64,000 nucleotides of DNA, from positions 544,001-608,000 of the forward strand of contig CAXXXF010000015.1 in NCBI GenBank assembly GCA_963667175.2. Reading direction: 5' to 3'. Of the stretch, positions 20,657 through 31,397 are shown piece by piece (within the stretch, counting starts at the first letter, position 1; each line of letters opens with the position of its first letter). Origin of the DNA: Candidatus Latescibacterota bacterium (lineage in GTDB: Bacteria; Latescibacterota; UBA2968; GCA-2709665). The position numbers and the translations under genes are program-made. The notes under the pieces are model-generated. The model saw nothing but the letters and a program-made list of their open reading frames with translations. It was not told the DNA's origin and did not search any database.

Positions 20657-23374
20657 TCAAAACCCCGAAAACTTCGCATTGCCGATTGAGGTGAGCGAGC
20701 GGTCGGCCGTGTTCAGGAAGGCCGAGGTTCGCAGGCGAAAGCGTACCGTTCCGGGAATCTCGCGGTGCGGGAAGAACAGGTGGCGCATGCCTTCTCCTTC
20801 GACCGCAAATCCGGGGTCGGCTTCCAGCAACACGTGGGTTTCGCTTCCTTCGCACGCGACCCCTCGCACCCGGCATCCGCGGGTCGATCCGTCGCCGAAC
20901 GTGACGATTGACGTTGCGCCGTCCAGCAGGTCGCCCTCGGGCAACTCGCCGGTGACGACGAGCGCGTTGTACGGCGCGCCGGCATCCGCCCTCATCGTAC
21001 CCGTCACTTCCCCCTCATACGCACCCGTGCCTTCGAGTTGGACCTGATTCCACTTCAGCAGCGTGCCGCCCCAGAGTCCCATCAATTCGGGCTGCCCGTC
21101 GCGCACCCTCACGAATCCCACCTCGCCCGCGAGCGACAGAACTCCCCATTCGACGGCCTGCCCTCCCGAATCGCCCGAATACACGATGTGGTCGACAACG
21201 CCGTGGTGCGATATGTTGAGGCCCACCGCGCCCCATTCCAACCTCTCAACACGGACCTCTTCGACAAACGGAGACTCTTCGTACGGCTCGTGTACCGCGG
21301 CGAACAGACTCGAAAAGGGCGCGAGTCCCTTCCTGCGCACCAGAAGGATGGGCATTCGAAACCGGTCCAGGAGCGCGTCGTTCTCCTCCGCCCTGCGAAA
21401 CGATATGGCATCCCCCGCAAACACCTCCGCGCCCGCCTGTTCGGGCAGATGGGTCCGCACGGCGGCTGGCGAGCCGTCCACCGCAAAGGTGATTCTCAGA
21501 CTGTCAGAAGCCTCGCCGCGAGAGACGTTCTGGAAGTACGCGTAGGCGATATTTCGACCTTCGGCGTCGCCCCGGTCCGACTCGCCGGCGGGAAACCGGA
21601 TGTCCACGCCGGGCAGCATGTTTTCGCCGTAGGCCGCGAGGGGAACGCTCACCCTCGCATCCCCGTCCGCATCCGCGCTTCCATGAAGCGCCCAGTCGTG
21701 CTGTGAACCCCCTGTTACGCGAAAAAGGTCCACCGCGTAACCATCCGATTCCCCGGCGCCCACCAGAAGCAGCGCGCGACGGTAGACCTGCGCCACACCG
21801 GGGTACGCCCCCTCCCCGCTCGCTTCCACCCACTTCACCGCATCGAAACCCGGTTCGAAGGCCAGCAGCCGTCCGTCCGAGGGCCCTCGTCTGCCACCTG
21901 AATACTGCCGCTGCTCATCGATAACCACCGTATTGTGACAAAGCGTGCTCGTGCTCCAGACCCGGTGCCGCGTGTGGGTGTACCCGACGTCCGGAAACAG
22001 TTCGCGGCCTTTGGCGAACAGAACCATGTTCAGATTGTCCGCGTGCTGGTGCCCGTAGCCGCCGGAAAAGTGAAGATGAAGCTGCACCTGTTCGTCGCCC
22101 ATGCCACGCCCCAGCCACGCGTGCCCGACTCCCGCCAGCAATGTTGAAACCGAGCGATCGGGTACCTTGAGGTTTCTGAAGTGCGCCCAGTTGTCGTGCA
22201 TGGTCATCTGCCGCCCGTCGGGATACCGGCAGATTTCCAGGATTCGCTCCGCCGAGGCGATCACAGGGATATCCCGTGAGAGTTCCAGGTTGTCCAGGCG
22301 GGTCCCGTTCTCCGGATGGACATAGCCCGGCGGGTCGCTATATCCCCGAACTGCACGGAATACCCTGTTCATTCCACCCATCGTCATCTGATGATAACCT
22401 ACACTGCCCTCCATCCAGAACCCGTCTTCGTAGAACGTCCGTCTGAACAGTTCCCGACTTCGCCTTACGCCTTCATGCACCAGCCCGGGATCCACCAGGA
22501 CCCGGCCGATCACAATGTATCCTTCGTATATTCGCGGCCCCGCATTGCCATAAACGGGCTCGTGAAACCGGTCCTGTCGAATGGCGCCGCGGAAGAAATC
22601 GTCCTCGATACGCGCTTTAACGTCGTCGTCTGTTTCTTCCGAGAGCCGCTCGAGTTCGCCGCTCTCGTAGATCGAATCGTACGCGTAGACCAGGGGCGTG
22701 GGCATCTCGTCATGGCGCCATCGTCCCCACTTTCCGCCGCCGTTGGGATACGGCGGTTCCAGCACGAACCCTTTGGGACGGTGCGGCCAGTCCCTGCTCA
22801 CGAGGAAGCCGGGATAATACCGCGCGAATGCGTCCAGAATCAGCACCGCGCGGCGCGCGTACGCCTGATCGCCCGTCATCTGGTACAGGTCGCCGAGCCG
22901 ATGGGCGACCGTCGAAAAGTACGAACGCGCCTCCCGCCATGCCCTGGCCGAAAAGAGATATCTGTATCCGGTCGCGTCTTCCCAGTAGGGGTATTCCACC
23001 TCCACGCCCACGGGATTGACGACCTTCATCACCCTGTCCTCAGGGTACTGTTCGTTCGGAAACACCATCTCGCAGAACCGGCACTGAACGCGGTGCGGGT
23101 CGGAGATCGTCCATCGCAATTGTCCCTCCTGCGTCCCCTCGTCGCAGTTCGGGCACCCCATGAACCGGAAGCCGGTTTTGTCCGGGACCAGCGCCACCAT
23201 CCCGGCTTCGGACATCGCCATCACTCTGGATACCGATCGCTTCAACGCGTTCACGCGTTTCGCCGACGCCTCAACCGGATAGACCGGGCGGGTCGTTTCC
23301 GCCAGGACCGATCTCGACCAGCCCAGAACAAACATGCAGAACACCGCCAACACCAAAAGGCCCATCCATTCCAT
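20657..23374 (-). CDS. Heparinase II/III-family polysaccharide lyase-like secreted protein
   Basis: Signal peptide; motifs DGFWMEGSVGYH, GHQHADNL, PDVGY, CHNTVVID; N-terminal CPNC...CRFC. Confidence 0.8.
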   Translation of the reverse strand: MEWMGLLVLAVFCMFVLGWSRSVLAETTRPVYPVEASAKRVNALKRSVSRVMAMSEAGMVALVPDKTGFRFMGCPNCDEGTQEGQLRWTISDPHRVQCRFCEMVFPNEQYPEDRVMKVVNPVGVEVEYPYWEDATGYRYLFSARAWREARSYFSTVAHRLGDLYQMTGDQAYARRAVLILDAFARYYPGFLVSRDWPHRPKGFVLEPPYPNGGGKWGRWRHDEMPTPLVYAYDSIYESGELERLSEETDDDVKARIEDDFFRGAIRQDRFHEPVYGNAGPRIYEGYIVIGRVLVDPGLVHEGVRRSRELFRRTFYEDGFWMEGSVGYHQMTMGGMNRVFRAVRGYSDPPGYVHPENGTRLDNLELSRDIPVIASAERILEICRYPDGRQMTMHDNWAHFRNLKVPDRSVSTLLAGVGHAWLGRGMGDEQVQLHLHFSGGYGHQHADNLNMVLFAKGRELFPDVGYTHTRHRVWSTSTLCHNTVVIDEQRQYSGGRRGPSDGRLLAFEPGFDAVKWVEASGEGAYPGVAQVYRRALLLVGAGESDGYAVDLFRVTGGSQHDWALHGSADADGDARVSVPLAAYGENMLPGVDIRFPAGESDRGDAEGRNIAYAYFQNVSRGEASDSLRITFAVDGSPAAVRTHLPEQAGAEVFAGDAISFRRAEENDALLDRFRMPILLVRRKGLAPFSSLFAAVHEPYEESPFVEEVRVERLEWGAVGLNISHHGVVDHIVYSGDSGGQAVEWGVLSLAGEVGFVRVRDGQPELMGLWGGTLLKWNQVQLEGTGAYEGEVTGTMRADAGAPYNALVVTGELPEGDLLDGATSIVTFGDGSTRGCRVRGVACEGSETHVLLEADPGFAVEGEGMRHLFFPHREIPGTVRFRLRTSAFLNTADRSLTSIGNAKFSGF

Positions 23375-23476
23375 TCCAGGCCGTCCTTTCTTTTCAACGT
23401 ACTGTCTGTGCCGACAGTACGGATAACAGGTGTTCGGGTACATGGGTAACACTCTCTGAAGTGGAAGCACTCTCCA

Positions 23477-24457
23477 CTATTGTGCGTCGTCCCTGCGAAC
23501 CAGCTTCCAGACGTCCGGAAACATGTTGTTGCCCGCGACCATCCAGAGCGCGTCGCTGTAGACGAACACACTGGCTGCATGGCGTGGGGCCCACGGCGTA
23601 TCCGGCAGTTCGGACCAGTCCACACCATCAGAGCTGTACCACACGTCGTTCCGGTTCCAGCTTCCCGTCGCTTCGTCCATCGAACGATGGGCCGCCTCGT
23701 GAAAACACCCCTCCATCACCCACAGCTTTTCGTCCCAAACGCCAACGTCGTGATACTGGCGAGGGACCCACGGCGCCGTCCGGGTATGCAGTTCCCAATT
23801 GACGCCGTCGCAGGTACTCCAGACGTCGCCGAACGTCTTCCGGCTGTTGATCCGCGGCGTATCGTACGTGCCGCCGCCCAGAATCCAGATCCGGTCCTGA
23901 AAAACGGCGCTGCCGCCAATCATCCCCCTCGGCTCCCACGGCGCGTTTTCCAACACCCGGTTCCAGGTCCGCCCGTCGGCCGAATGCCATACGTCGTTGA
24001 AGAAGACCTCGTCTTCGTCCGCGAACTGCGGGATGGTCTGCCCGCCCATCACCCAGAGGCCGCCGTCGTGAACCGCCGTATAGTGCAATACCCTCGGTCC
24101 CCAGGGTACGGGGTCGCACACCAGTTCCCAGTCCACGCCGTCGGAACTTCGCCACACGTCGTTCTGATAGTGTCCCTGGTTGCAGTCTCCGCCCACGATC
24201 CACATGTGACCGTCGTGGACCGCGTATCCCGCGGTGTGGCGGCCCTCCCAGGGCGCCTCCTCGTTCACCTCGATCCAGGTTAACCCATCGACGGAACTCC
24301 ATACCTCGCTGTTGCAGATGATTGGGAAATTGACCTTGTCACGCGGATTCCAGCCGCCCAGCAGCCACATTTTGTCCTGAAACACCAGCGCGCCCGCGCC
24401 ATCCCGGCCCGCGAACGCGGCATCTTCCGTTACGCATACCCATTCATATTCGGACAT
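23477..24457 (-). CDS. Kelch-like beta-propeller protein
   Basis: Six repeats of PW.PR..H....D..W..GG...NDVW.S.DG..W. Confidence 0.8.
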   Translation of the reverse strand: MSEYEWVCVTEDAAFAGRDGAGALVFQDKMWLLGGWNPRDKVNFPIICNSEVWSSVDGLTWIEVNEEAPWEGRHTAGYAVHDGHMWIVGGDCNQGHYQNDVWRSSDGVDWELVCDPVPWGPRVLHYTAVHDGGLWVMGGQTIPQFADEDEVFFNDVWHSADGRTWNRVLENAPWEPRGMIGGSAVFQDRIWILGGGTYDTPRINSRKTFGDVWSTCDGVNWELHTRTAPWVPRQYHDVGVWDEKLWVMEGCFHEAAHRSMDEATGSWNRNDVWYSSDGVDWSELPDTPWAPRHAASVFVYSDALWMVAGNNMFPDVWKLVRRDDAQ

Positions 24458-24939
24458 AAAACCCTCCCGGTTTCACGATTCAAGATCGCTACCAATACGT
24501 CTCGTACTTTTCCCTGCAAAGAAAAAAGCCTCGCCACGGAGCATGCCTCGGGCGGGACGTTTATTACGCTGAGTAATTCGAGATTTCTATTTCCGGTCAG
24601 ATCGCATAACGGCGAATAAACACACTTTGGAATTAACCTCTTGGAAAACAAAGGCTTTAGATCTCCCACCAACTCTCATTTTCTCTTCGTCCTTTTTCTT
24701 GTACGCCCAAGAAAAAGGACCAAAAAGAACGGCGCCGCTCGGCGCGGGGCCGGTTTTTCCGTGAACCTGCTCAGTGGCGGAAATTGAAATTGGTTGCCCT
24801 TTCACCTGAACCTCCCGCCCGAGCGATGTTGCCGGACGGAATAGCACGGAAAAACCCCACACACACCACCGCGCGGAAGGAACGTCGTCCGGAGAGTTCA
24901 TCCTTGTGGATTTGCGTGGGTCCGCCGTTGGTCTTTTGT

Positions 24940-25120
24940 CTTTGCTTCAAGCTGATGGCTGATAACTGACAGCTTTTCGCTGCCTTTTGGCTTCGTAGGG
25001 GCAACCCTTGTGGTTGCCCGCTTTTTGATTGCTTCCCTTTGTGTCTTTGTGTCTCCGTGTGAGCTGTTTTTCGCTTTTGACTCAAGCTGACTGCTGATAG
25101 CTGATAGCTGACCGCTGCTT
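24940..25120. repeat. Composite heptamer/REP repeat
   Basis: Contains GCTGATGGCTGATAACTGACAGC, GTAGGGGCAACCCTTGTGGTTGCCC, CTTTGTGTCTTTGTGTCTCCGTGTGAG and GCTGACTGCTGATAGCTGATAGCTGACCGCT. Confidence 0.7.
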
Positions 25121-25122
25121 TT

Positions 25123-26178
25123 CTACCACCCCTGCCGTCCCACGTAAAGTCCCCGATTCTTCATGGGCAACCGGACGCGGACGCCGCCCAGTCGATGGGA
25201 CTCGATAAAGCCCATGATCATCTCCTGGCTGCGCCGGGCCAACTGGATCGGCCCACTGGTCTCGCGGTTGTCATCCAGCGCCTCGGCGATATCCCTGAGT
25301 CCGTTCACCGTACCACTTTCCCTCGGTGCCTCGGGAAACGGCCGCTCTTTCAGCGCACGCGGCGCGCCGGAGGCCTGCCGGAACTGACAGGTCATCCCGT
25401 TGTCGAACGTCCTCAGCTTTCCGCCGGAGCCGCAAAGCTCGAATTCCGCTCCGCTGCCGGCCGCTACATAACCCAGGACGCCGTTGTGAAACCGCACGAA
25501 CCCGGCCGCCACGCCCGGGTCCACGTTCAGCCGGTTGTCGTCCCAGTCCCCATCCTCACACACAATGGTTCCCTGAACGAAATCGATCTCCGGATCGCCC
25601 GCGAGATACAACATCATATCCGATCCGTGGGTGAGCCCCCACAACGCGGCGGTCACCCCCTGCTGCACGATCACGGCCTGGATCGTCCCCAATTCGCCCG
25701 CGTCGGCCAGTTCCCGCATTTTCTGATAGATCGGAATATACCGGCGCTGGGCGCCGTAATTGAACTTCGTTCCATTCCGCTCTACCGCCGCCACCATCGC
25801 GTCGGCTTCCTCCATCGAGCAGCAAAGCGGCTTTTCGCAATAGATCCCCTCTACGCCATGGTCAGCCGCGAACACGGTCATCTCCGAGTGGGTTGCGGGG
25901 CGCGTGGCGATACACACGATATCCGGATTCTCTTTGTCGATCATCTCCCGGTAGTCGGTGTAGCAGACCGGAACGTTGTACCGTTCCCGAATCGACTCCG
26001 CCTTCCCGGCCACCACGTCCGAGACCGCAATCAGTTCCGTCCGCTCGCAGGCCACGGCGGCCGCGGCGTGCGAGTACGGAATCCAGAGGTTGCTGTCGGG
26101 ATGGTCGCGCACTTCATCGTCGATGGTCGCCCCCATCCGTCCGCATCCGATCAGCGCCGTACGATAACGATCCGCCAT
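25123..26178 (-). CDS. Gfo/Idh/MocA-family oxidoreductase
   Basis: Motifs ALIGCGRMG and YCEKP; start set at MADRYRT. Confidence 0.88.
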   Translation of the reverse strand: MADRYRTALIGCGRMGATIDDEVRDHPDSNLWIPYSHAAAAVACERTELIAVSDVVAGKAESIRERYNVPVCYTDYREMIDKENPDIVCIATRPATHSEMTVFAADHGVEGIYCEKPLCCSMEEADAMVAAVERNGTKFNYGAQRRYIPIYQKMRELADAGELGTIQAVIVQQGVTAALWGLTHGSDMMLYLAGDPEIDFVQGTIVCEDGDWDDNRLNVDPGVAAGFVRFHNGVLGYVAAGSGAEFELCGSGGKLRTFDNGMTCQFRQASGAPRALKERPFPEAPRESGTVNGLRDIAEALDDNRETSGPIQLARRSQEMIMGFIESHRLGGVRVRLPMKNRGLYVGRQGW

Positions 26179-26203
26179 TTTCCTGTCCTCGTGTTGATGG
26201 GTG

Positions 26204-27769
26204 TCACTCCACCGCGTTTGACCGCATCTCCGCCCGCAGGGGGCCGAACATCCCGTGGCCCCATTGGACATCCGCGTCTATTGCCGCCTCCGCCCGCCCG
26301 GCGGGGACCGGCGCCGTGCCCAGCAGCCGCCCGTCCTGAGCGATGCCGATCCTCTCCTCTCCGATGGTGAATTCAAGCGTCGTGGGCTTTCCCGTCCAGG
26401 CAACCGGCACGGACACGCTGCCCGGTTTCCTCACCCGGTAGACCATGCGGTACTGGTTCCACACCTCGTCATCGTGCAGGAACGAATGCCGCATGTCACG
26501 CACGGGACAGCCCTTGGCGCTAACCGACAGAAACATGGCGTCCCCATTCGGCGCCAGCCCGGTCACGCGTTGTCCCCAGTCGTTGATTACCAGGTCGGTA
26601 CCATGTTTTTCGTTGTACGCGACCACACGGTCTTCGTAGGGATGATTCATCGTGTCCGTAATCGGAGGGTTCCGGAACATCCGTTTCACGAAATGCCACG
26701 CATTTCCGTGCGCGTCGTACCGCCACAATTCCGACCAGGGCCATACCCCCACGTAGAGGTCCCCTCCGTAAATCGCGGTTGTCTGCGCCTCCCGCACACT
26801 GCCGGATACGCCCGGCATCACCGGCGGCGAGTTCTCCAGGTGGCGAAGTTCCATGCCGTCGTACTTGAACAGGTTTCCCGTGGGGTACTGTGCGATCAGC
26901 ATCTCGTCGTACCAGTTCAACATCGAATACAGCTGAAAACTCACGCCCGCAAGCGACGCGCGGACGATCTTCCACCCGGATCCGTCGAAAACGTAAACGC
27001 CGCCCATATTGGACGAATTCACGATCTCATCTCCGAGTTGTCCGATGGAAAACGGCGTCTCCTGCGGATACTTCAGCTCGAGCGTCACCGCCTGATCCAG
27101 GTCGACCGGTCCATCTCCCGGCTTCCAGGGGACCGCGTACAGCGTGGTATACGGCTGGTCCGAATCGTGGTCCTTGTGGAAAAACGCAAGATGGCCCAGG
27201 GCGTAATAGAAGTGGTGATAGCGTCCAGACGCGGGCTTTTCCACGACCTGCTCTCCGTCGTACCAGGCCTCGCCTTCCTTGAACTGGAATATCTTTCCGG
27301 CAACCCGCATTTTTCCGTCGCCCGCCACGGTTTCGCCCACGCCGAAGCTCTCGTCCACCTGCCAGCGGCCTGCCTCGTCGTCCCACCATCGCGCGGTCCT
27401 GTCCTGGTGATAGCTGCACGAATACACCCGGCCATCCAGATCGAAAAGGTAGCTGCCGCCGTCCTCCGTGGAGGGCGGCAGGGCCTCGAATGTCTCCTCT
27501 GGCTCGTCGTCGCGGAGGAAAAACTGGAGCGTGAACCGATCCATCCTGAACGCGGTGTTGTAGACGCCCACAAAGCCCGCCCCCATCACCACACGGCCCT
27601 CCGAGTCGCGGGCTTCGAAGAGGGAACCCCAATTTTGCCCGACGTCCTGACCGAAATCAATCGTTGTTGTAATCTGCATCAGCGGTCTCTCCTCGGCATG
27701 CCCCGGCTTCGGCCAGAGCAGCAGTGTAAAAAGGATCCAGTTCGTCGTCCGACGGTTTAAAACGGCCAT
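26204..27769 (-). CDS. Secreted hypothetical protein (probable beta-propeller)
   Basis: Signal-like N-terminus MAVLNRRTTNWILFTLLLW...HA-EE; repeated GxxYxFDGxxW motifs. The ORF-track extension to 28081 overlaps the next gene and is discounted. Confidence 0.65.
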   Translation of the reverse strand: MAVLNRRTTNWILFTLLLWPKPGHAEERPLMQITTTIDFGQDVGQNWGSLFEARDSEGRVVMGAGFVGVYNTAFRMDRFTLQFFLRDDEPEETFEALPPSTEDGGSYLFDLDGRVYSCSYHQDRTARWWDDEAGRWQVDESFGVGETVAGDGKMRVAGKIFQFKEGEAWYDGEQVVEKPASGRYHHFYYALGHLAFFHKDHDSDQPYTTLYAVPWKPGDGPVDLDQAVTLELKYPQETPFSIGQLGDEIVNSSNMGGVYVFDGSGWKIVRASLAGVSFQLYSMLNWYDEMLIAQYPTGNLFKYDGMELRHLENSPPVMPGVSGSVREAQTTAIYGGDLYVGVWPWSELWRYDAHGNAWHFVKRMFRNPPITDTMNHPYEDRVVAYNEKHGTDLVINDWGQRVTGLAPNGDAMFLSVSAKGCPVRDMRHSFLHDDEVWNQYRMVYRVRKPGSVSVPVAWTGKPTTLEFTIGEERIGIAQDGRLLGTAPVPAGRAEAAIDADVQWGHGMFGPLRAEMRSNAVE

Positions 27770-27771
27770 GG

Positions 27772-28734
27772 TCAGAAAGCCAGCACAACCTTTACCGCGC
27801 CGTCCGTCTCCGGATGCTCGAACGCCAGTTCGAATGCTTCCTGAATCCTTTCGAACGGCATCAGGTGCGTCAGAATCGGCCGCACGTCCAGCCGGCCCTG
27901 TGTGATCCAGTCCAGCGCAAGCGTATAGTCCAGGCCCGGATTCGGACCGACCGACGTCACGATCTGCAGTTCCTTCCTGAACATATTCATAAACGAGAGC
28001 GTCATCCGTCCTTCGGCATTCTCCTTGTTCGGCACCCCGAAGTATACCAGCGTGCCGTCCTGGCGAAGCAGGTCGCCGCACAGGTTGAACGTGGATTCCC
28101 TGCCCACGGCCTCCACCGCAAGGTCCACCATCTCTCCGTCGGTAATCACCGCGACAGCGTCCTCAAGATCGCACGTCTCAGGATCGATGGTATGGGTCGC
28201 CCCCATCTTCGAGGACACCGCAAGCCGGTGGGGGAGCGGATCCACGCCGATAATGGTCCTTGCGCCCAGGTTGCGCAACGTGGCATTGAACAGTTGTCCG
28301 ACCGGTCCCTGCCCCATCACCAGCGCCTTCCTGTTGATCACGTTTCCCAGCTTGTAAAAGCAATGGATGACCGTCCCCAGCAACTGGCTCATCAGCGCCA
28401 CTTCCGGGTCGACGTCCTTTGGAAGCATCACGCACGCGGTCGGATCGGCCAGCACGTATTCCTGGAACAGGCCCCGGTCGAAGCCCCATAGCAGCACACG
28501 GTCCCCGGCATTGAAGGCCTCCGTCGGACACGCCTCGACGATCCCAAGGCCTTCGTGCCCCGTTTGCCCAACCGCCATGGGATAGGACGTATCCACACCA
28601 CAAAAGGCCGGCTTGTCCGTTCCGCATATCCCCACCCGCTCCAGGCGGACAAGCATCAACTCCCCTTTTGCCTCGGGTCTCTCCACCTCGGCAAGCTCCC
28701 ACTGACGGGGCGCAACCAATCTAGCCGCTCTCAT
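27772..28734 (-). CDS. Zinc-binding (MDR) alcohol dehydrogenase
   Basis: Motifs GICGTD, GHEGLG, GQGPVG, EAVG. Confidence 0.9.
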   Translation of the reverse strand: MRAARLVAPRQWELAEVERPEAKGELMLVRLERVGICGTDKPAFCGVDTSYPMAVGQTGHEGLGIVEACPTEAFNAGDRVLLWGFDRGLFQEYVLADPTACVMLPKDVDPEVALMSQLLGTVIHCFYKLGNVINRKALVMGQGPVGQLFNATLRNLGARTIIGVDPLPHRLAVSSKMGATHTIDPETCDLEDAVAVITDGEMVDLAVEAVGRESTFNLCGDLLRQDGTLVYFGVPNKENAEGRMTLSFMNMFRKELQIVTSVGPNPGLDYTLALDWITQGRLDVRPILTHLMPFERIQEAFELAFEHPETDGAVKVVLAF

Positions 28735-28795
28735 CCATCCCGACCTTTCTGTTCGTATCAGAACCCATCCTGACGTCCCTTTACTGTCTTGACAT

Positions 28796-30052
28796 CTACT
28801 CCCATACGGGCCAGTCCTGCGCCTGAAGCCGCTTCCACAACCGGTCGAACGCCTCGCTTCCGTCGTCCTCCCACTCGTCCAGGCGCACGCCGGTCGCAAA
28901 GGACTCGTCCACGCCCTCTTTCATCAACCGCTCCGCCTGCTGCAGATTCCGATAATAGTGCTTGACGCCGCCGGGGAACGTCACCACGGACAGATGCCTG
29001 GACCAATCCGCCGCGGGCGTCTGCCGGTATTTCGCGACGGCATCCTCGTCCAGCGTGACGCCCAGCCCGGGCGCCTCCGGGACTTTCATGAAGCCGCGCT
29101 GGACGACATGCGGGGTCGCAATCAGGTCGTCCTCGTACGAGTGGCCGGCCGTCACCCCCGGCAACGTCGCCGTCGGCATGACAGCGCCCAGTTGAAGCGC
29201 GAACGCCGTTGTGATTCCCGTTCCCACGTATTGCAGCAGGATCGGCGTATTCGCCGCGGCGAACGTCCAGCCCGCGGCCAGCGCGTCCCGCACGCACTCG
29301 TGGCTGCATAACGCGCCTTCGAAGTCGCCGGCGCGAAGCCCCGTCCACGGGCCGGACGGCTGCCGGGACGCGGCCTCGGAAAGCACGCGCACGCCGTGCA
29401 GATAGAAGGGGATTCGGATCTCCCGGTGCAGCCTGCGCCATCCGTCGATGTCGTACGCGAAGATCGGCTCCTCGACGCCTTTGACAACGGGGATTCTTTC
29501 CAGCGCCCTCAGCACAGGCAGCGCCTTCTCGACGCATATCAACGCGCCGTTGAAATCGAACTCCACGCGGAAATCCGGCGGCGCCGCCTCCTGAATCGCC
29601 TGCGCGCATTCCACCACGTCGTAAAACGCGCGGGCTTTGCATTTCAGCCCGCGGTACCCGCGATCCGCCGCCGCCCTGACTTCCGCCGCCGTATCCTCAG
29701 GCGACATGCAGGGCATCCACCACCCCATCGCCACCCATTGACGCGCCTGCTGTCCCATCACCTTCCACGCGGGCAGCCCCAGGTGCTTCCCCATGAGATC
29801 GTAACACGCCATATCCAGATTGAACCGCCCACGACCCATCACGTGGTCGAAGGGATCCGTCCCGATATAGGCGTCCAGCGCCTCACGCTCCAGCGGCGGT
29901 CCGGGATTCTCGCCCAACCCGTCGAGCCCGGTGTCCGTATGAAACCGGTATACCGTGACTTCCTCCGTCATCGCGAAGTGATGGTACGCCTTCCGGATTC
30001 GGGCTACATAGGGAACCCGAAGGGGAATCACCTCGACGTCCGTAATTCTCAT
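28796..30052 (-). CDS. Mandelate racemase/muconate lactonizing enzyme (enolase superfamily)
   Basis: Motifs DMACYDLMGK..GLP, KCK, DFN, EEP, P.APGLGVTLDE. Confidence 0.85.
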   Translation of the reverse strand: MRITDVEVIPLRVPYVARIRKAYHHFAMTEEVTVYRFHTDTGLDGLGENPGPPLEREALDAYIGTDPFDHVMGRGRFNLDMACYDLMGKHLGLPAWKVMGQQARQWVAMGWWMPCMSPEDTAAEVRAAADRGYRGLKCKARAFYDVVECAQAIQEAAPPDFRVEFDFNGALICVEKALPVLRALERIPVVKGVEEPIFAYDIDGWRRLHREIRIPFYLHGVRVLSEAASRQPSGPWTGLRAGDFEGALCSHECVRDALAAGWTFAAANTPILLQYVGTGITTAFALQLGAVMPTATLPGVTAGHSYEDDLIATPHVVQRGFMKVPEAPGLGVTLDEDAVAKYRQTPAADWSRHLSVVTFPGGVKHYYRNLQQAERLMKEGVDESFATGVRLDEWEDDGSEAFDRLWKRLQAQDWPVWE

Positions 30053-30202
30053 CGGTATCGTCCTTGCCAAAGCGATCGGGAGGCACGCGCAAGGCCCGCC
30101 GTCCTGCTACAATGCTTGAATTTCGCGAGGTGCGGTGGTATATATAATGCGGGGAGAGGTAAGACGTGAGACGTAAGAGGACCTCTCCAGCCCCGGTGCC
30201 TG

Positions 30203-30340
30203 GTGTACTTCAACGGCAGCTATGTTTCCGAACGGGACGCGCGGATCTCCATTTTCGACTCGGATCTCATGTTCGGTGACATGGTATTTGAAATGACCCG
30301 TTCATTCAAGCAAAAACCCTACTGCTTGCGCAATCACCAC
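30203..30340 (+). pseudogene. ilvE: 5' fragment of a class IV (branched-chain) aminotransferase
   Basis: VYFNGSYVSERDARISIFDSDLMFGDMVFEMTRSF...LRNH matches the IlvE N-terminus, then similarity ends just before the next gene. Confidence 0.75.
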
Positions 30341-30380
30341 AACCCCCATACCCCCAACCCCGTTAATTGGAGCGACGTCG

Positions 30381-31397
30381 ATGTCCACCTACCGAGCGGC
30401 CCTCATCGGTTGCGGCAACGTCTCCGGCCGCCACGCGCGAGCCTACCTCGAACAGGGCAACGTCGAGCTTGTTGCCGCCTGCGACATCAACCCGGAGAAT
30501 CTCAACAGAACCTGCGACGATCTGAACATTCCCGGTCGCTACGCTTCTCACCAGGATCTCTTCGAGCGCGAGTCCGACGTGGATCTGGTCAGCGTATGCA
30601 CGTACCCGAAGGTCCACGCCGAACAGTCCATCGCCGCCGCAAACGCCGGCGCAAAAGGCGTACTGTGTGAAAAACCCATGTGTCTGAGTCTGGACGAAGC
30701 CGACGCCATGATCCGCGCCTGCCGGCAGAGCAATACGCGGCTGGTCATTGCCCACCGCCACCGCCAGAGCCCCAACTTCAACAAGGCGCGAGCCCTGATC
30801 GCCGAAGGCGCCATTGGAGAACCCCGCCTGGTCTGGAGTTATCTCACCAGTTGCCTGGTGGACAACGGCACCCATATTGTGGACATGATGCGCTACCTTC
30901 TGGGCGATCCGGAGGCGGACTGGGTAATGGGACAGGCTTCCCGCAAACGCGACACCCTGTATCAGGGCTCGCCCGCCGAAGAATCCAGCATGGGGCTTGT
31001 CGCCTTCAAGACCGGGACCCGCGCCTTCCTCGAGATGGGCGAAAAGACGCCGGAAAACGGGTTCCGCTTTCGCGTTCTGGGAAGCGAAGGGACATTGGAG
31101 GCCGCCCTCGACGAGGTGATCCTCGCGGACAAGAATGGCATCTCACGCTTTCGCGAGGAACCCAGACCCGGCTTCGTCGAACAGACCCGGGAGATGATCG
31201 CGTGGCTGGAAGGCGGACCCGAGCACCGGAGTTCAGCCGAACAAGGCCGGGCCGCAACCGAACTCCTGATGGCGATGCACGAATCCGCCCGGATCGGCGA
31301 ACTGATCGAGCTGCCACTCAAGATTGGTTACGATCCGATGAGGAAGAGGGCGGATGAAAGGCAGCCATCAGCAGTCAGCGGTCAGCCATCAGCTTGA
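30381..31397 (+). CDS. Gfo/Idh/MocA-family oxidoreductase
   Basis: Motifs ALIGCG, LCEKP, DNGTHIVD. Confidence 0.9.
   Translation: MSTYRAALIGCGNVSGRHARAYLEQGNVELVAACDINPENLNRTCDDLNIPGRYASHQDLFERESDVDLVSVCTYPKVHAEQSIAAANAGAKGVLCEKPMCLSLDEADAMIRACRQSNTRLVIAHRHRQSPNFNKARALIAEGAIGEPRLVWSYLTSCLVDNGTHIVDMMRYLLGDPEADWVMGQASRKRDTLYQGSPAEESSMGLVAFKTGTRAFLEMGEKTPENGFRFRVLGSEGTLEAALDEVILADKNGISRFREEPRPGFVEQTREMIAWLEGGPEHRSSAEQGRAATELLMAMHESARIGELIELPLKIGYDPMRKRADERQPSAVSGQPSA

Noticed and set aside
26204-28899. Long N-terminal extensions given by the ORF track (to 28081 and 28899; similarly 26271, 23470 and 34136)
   Set aside because: They overlap neighbouring genes or repeats; downstream ATGs with family-typical N-termini fit better.
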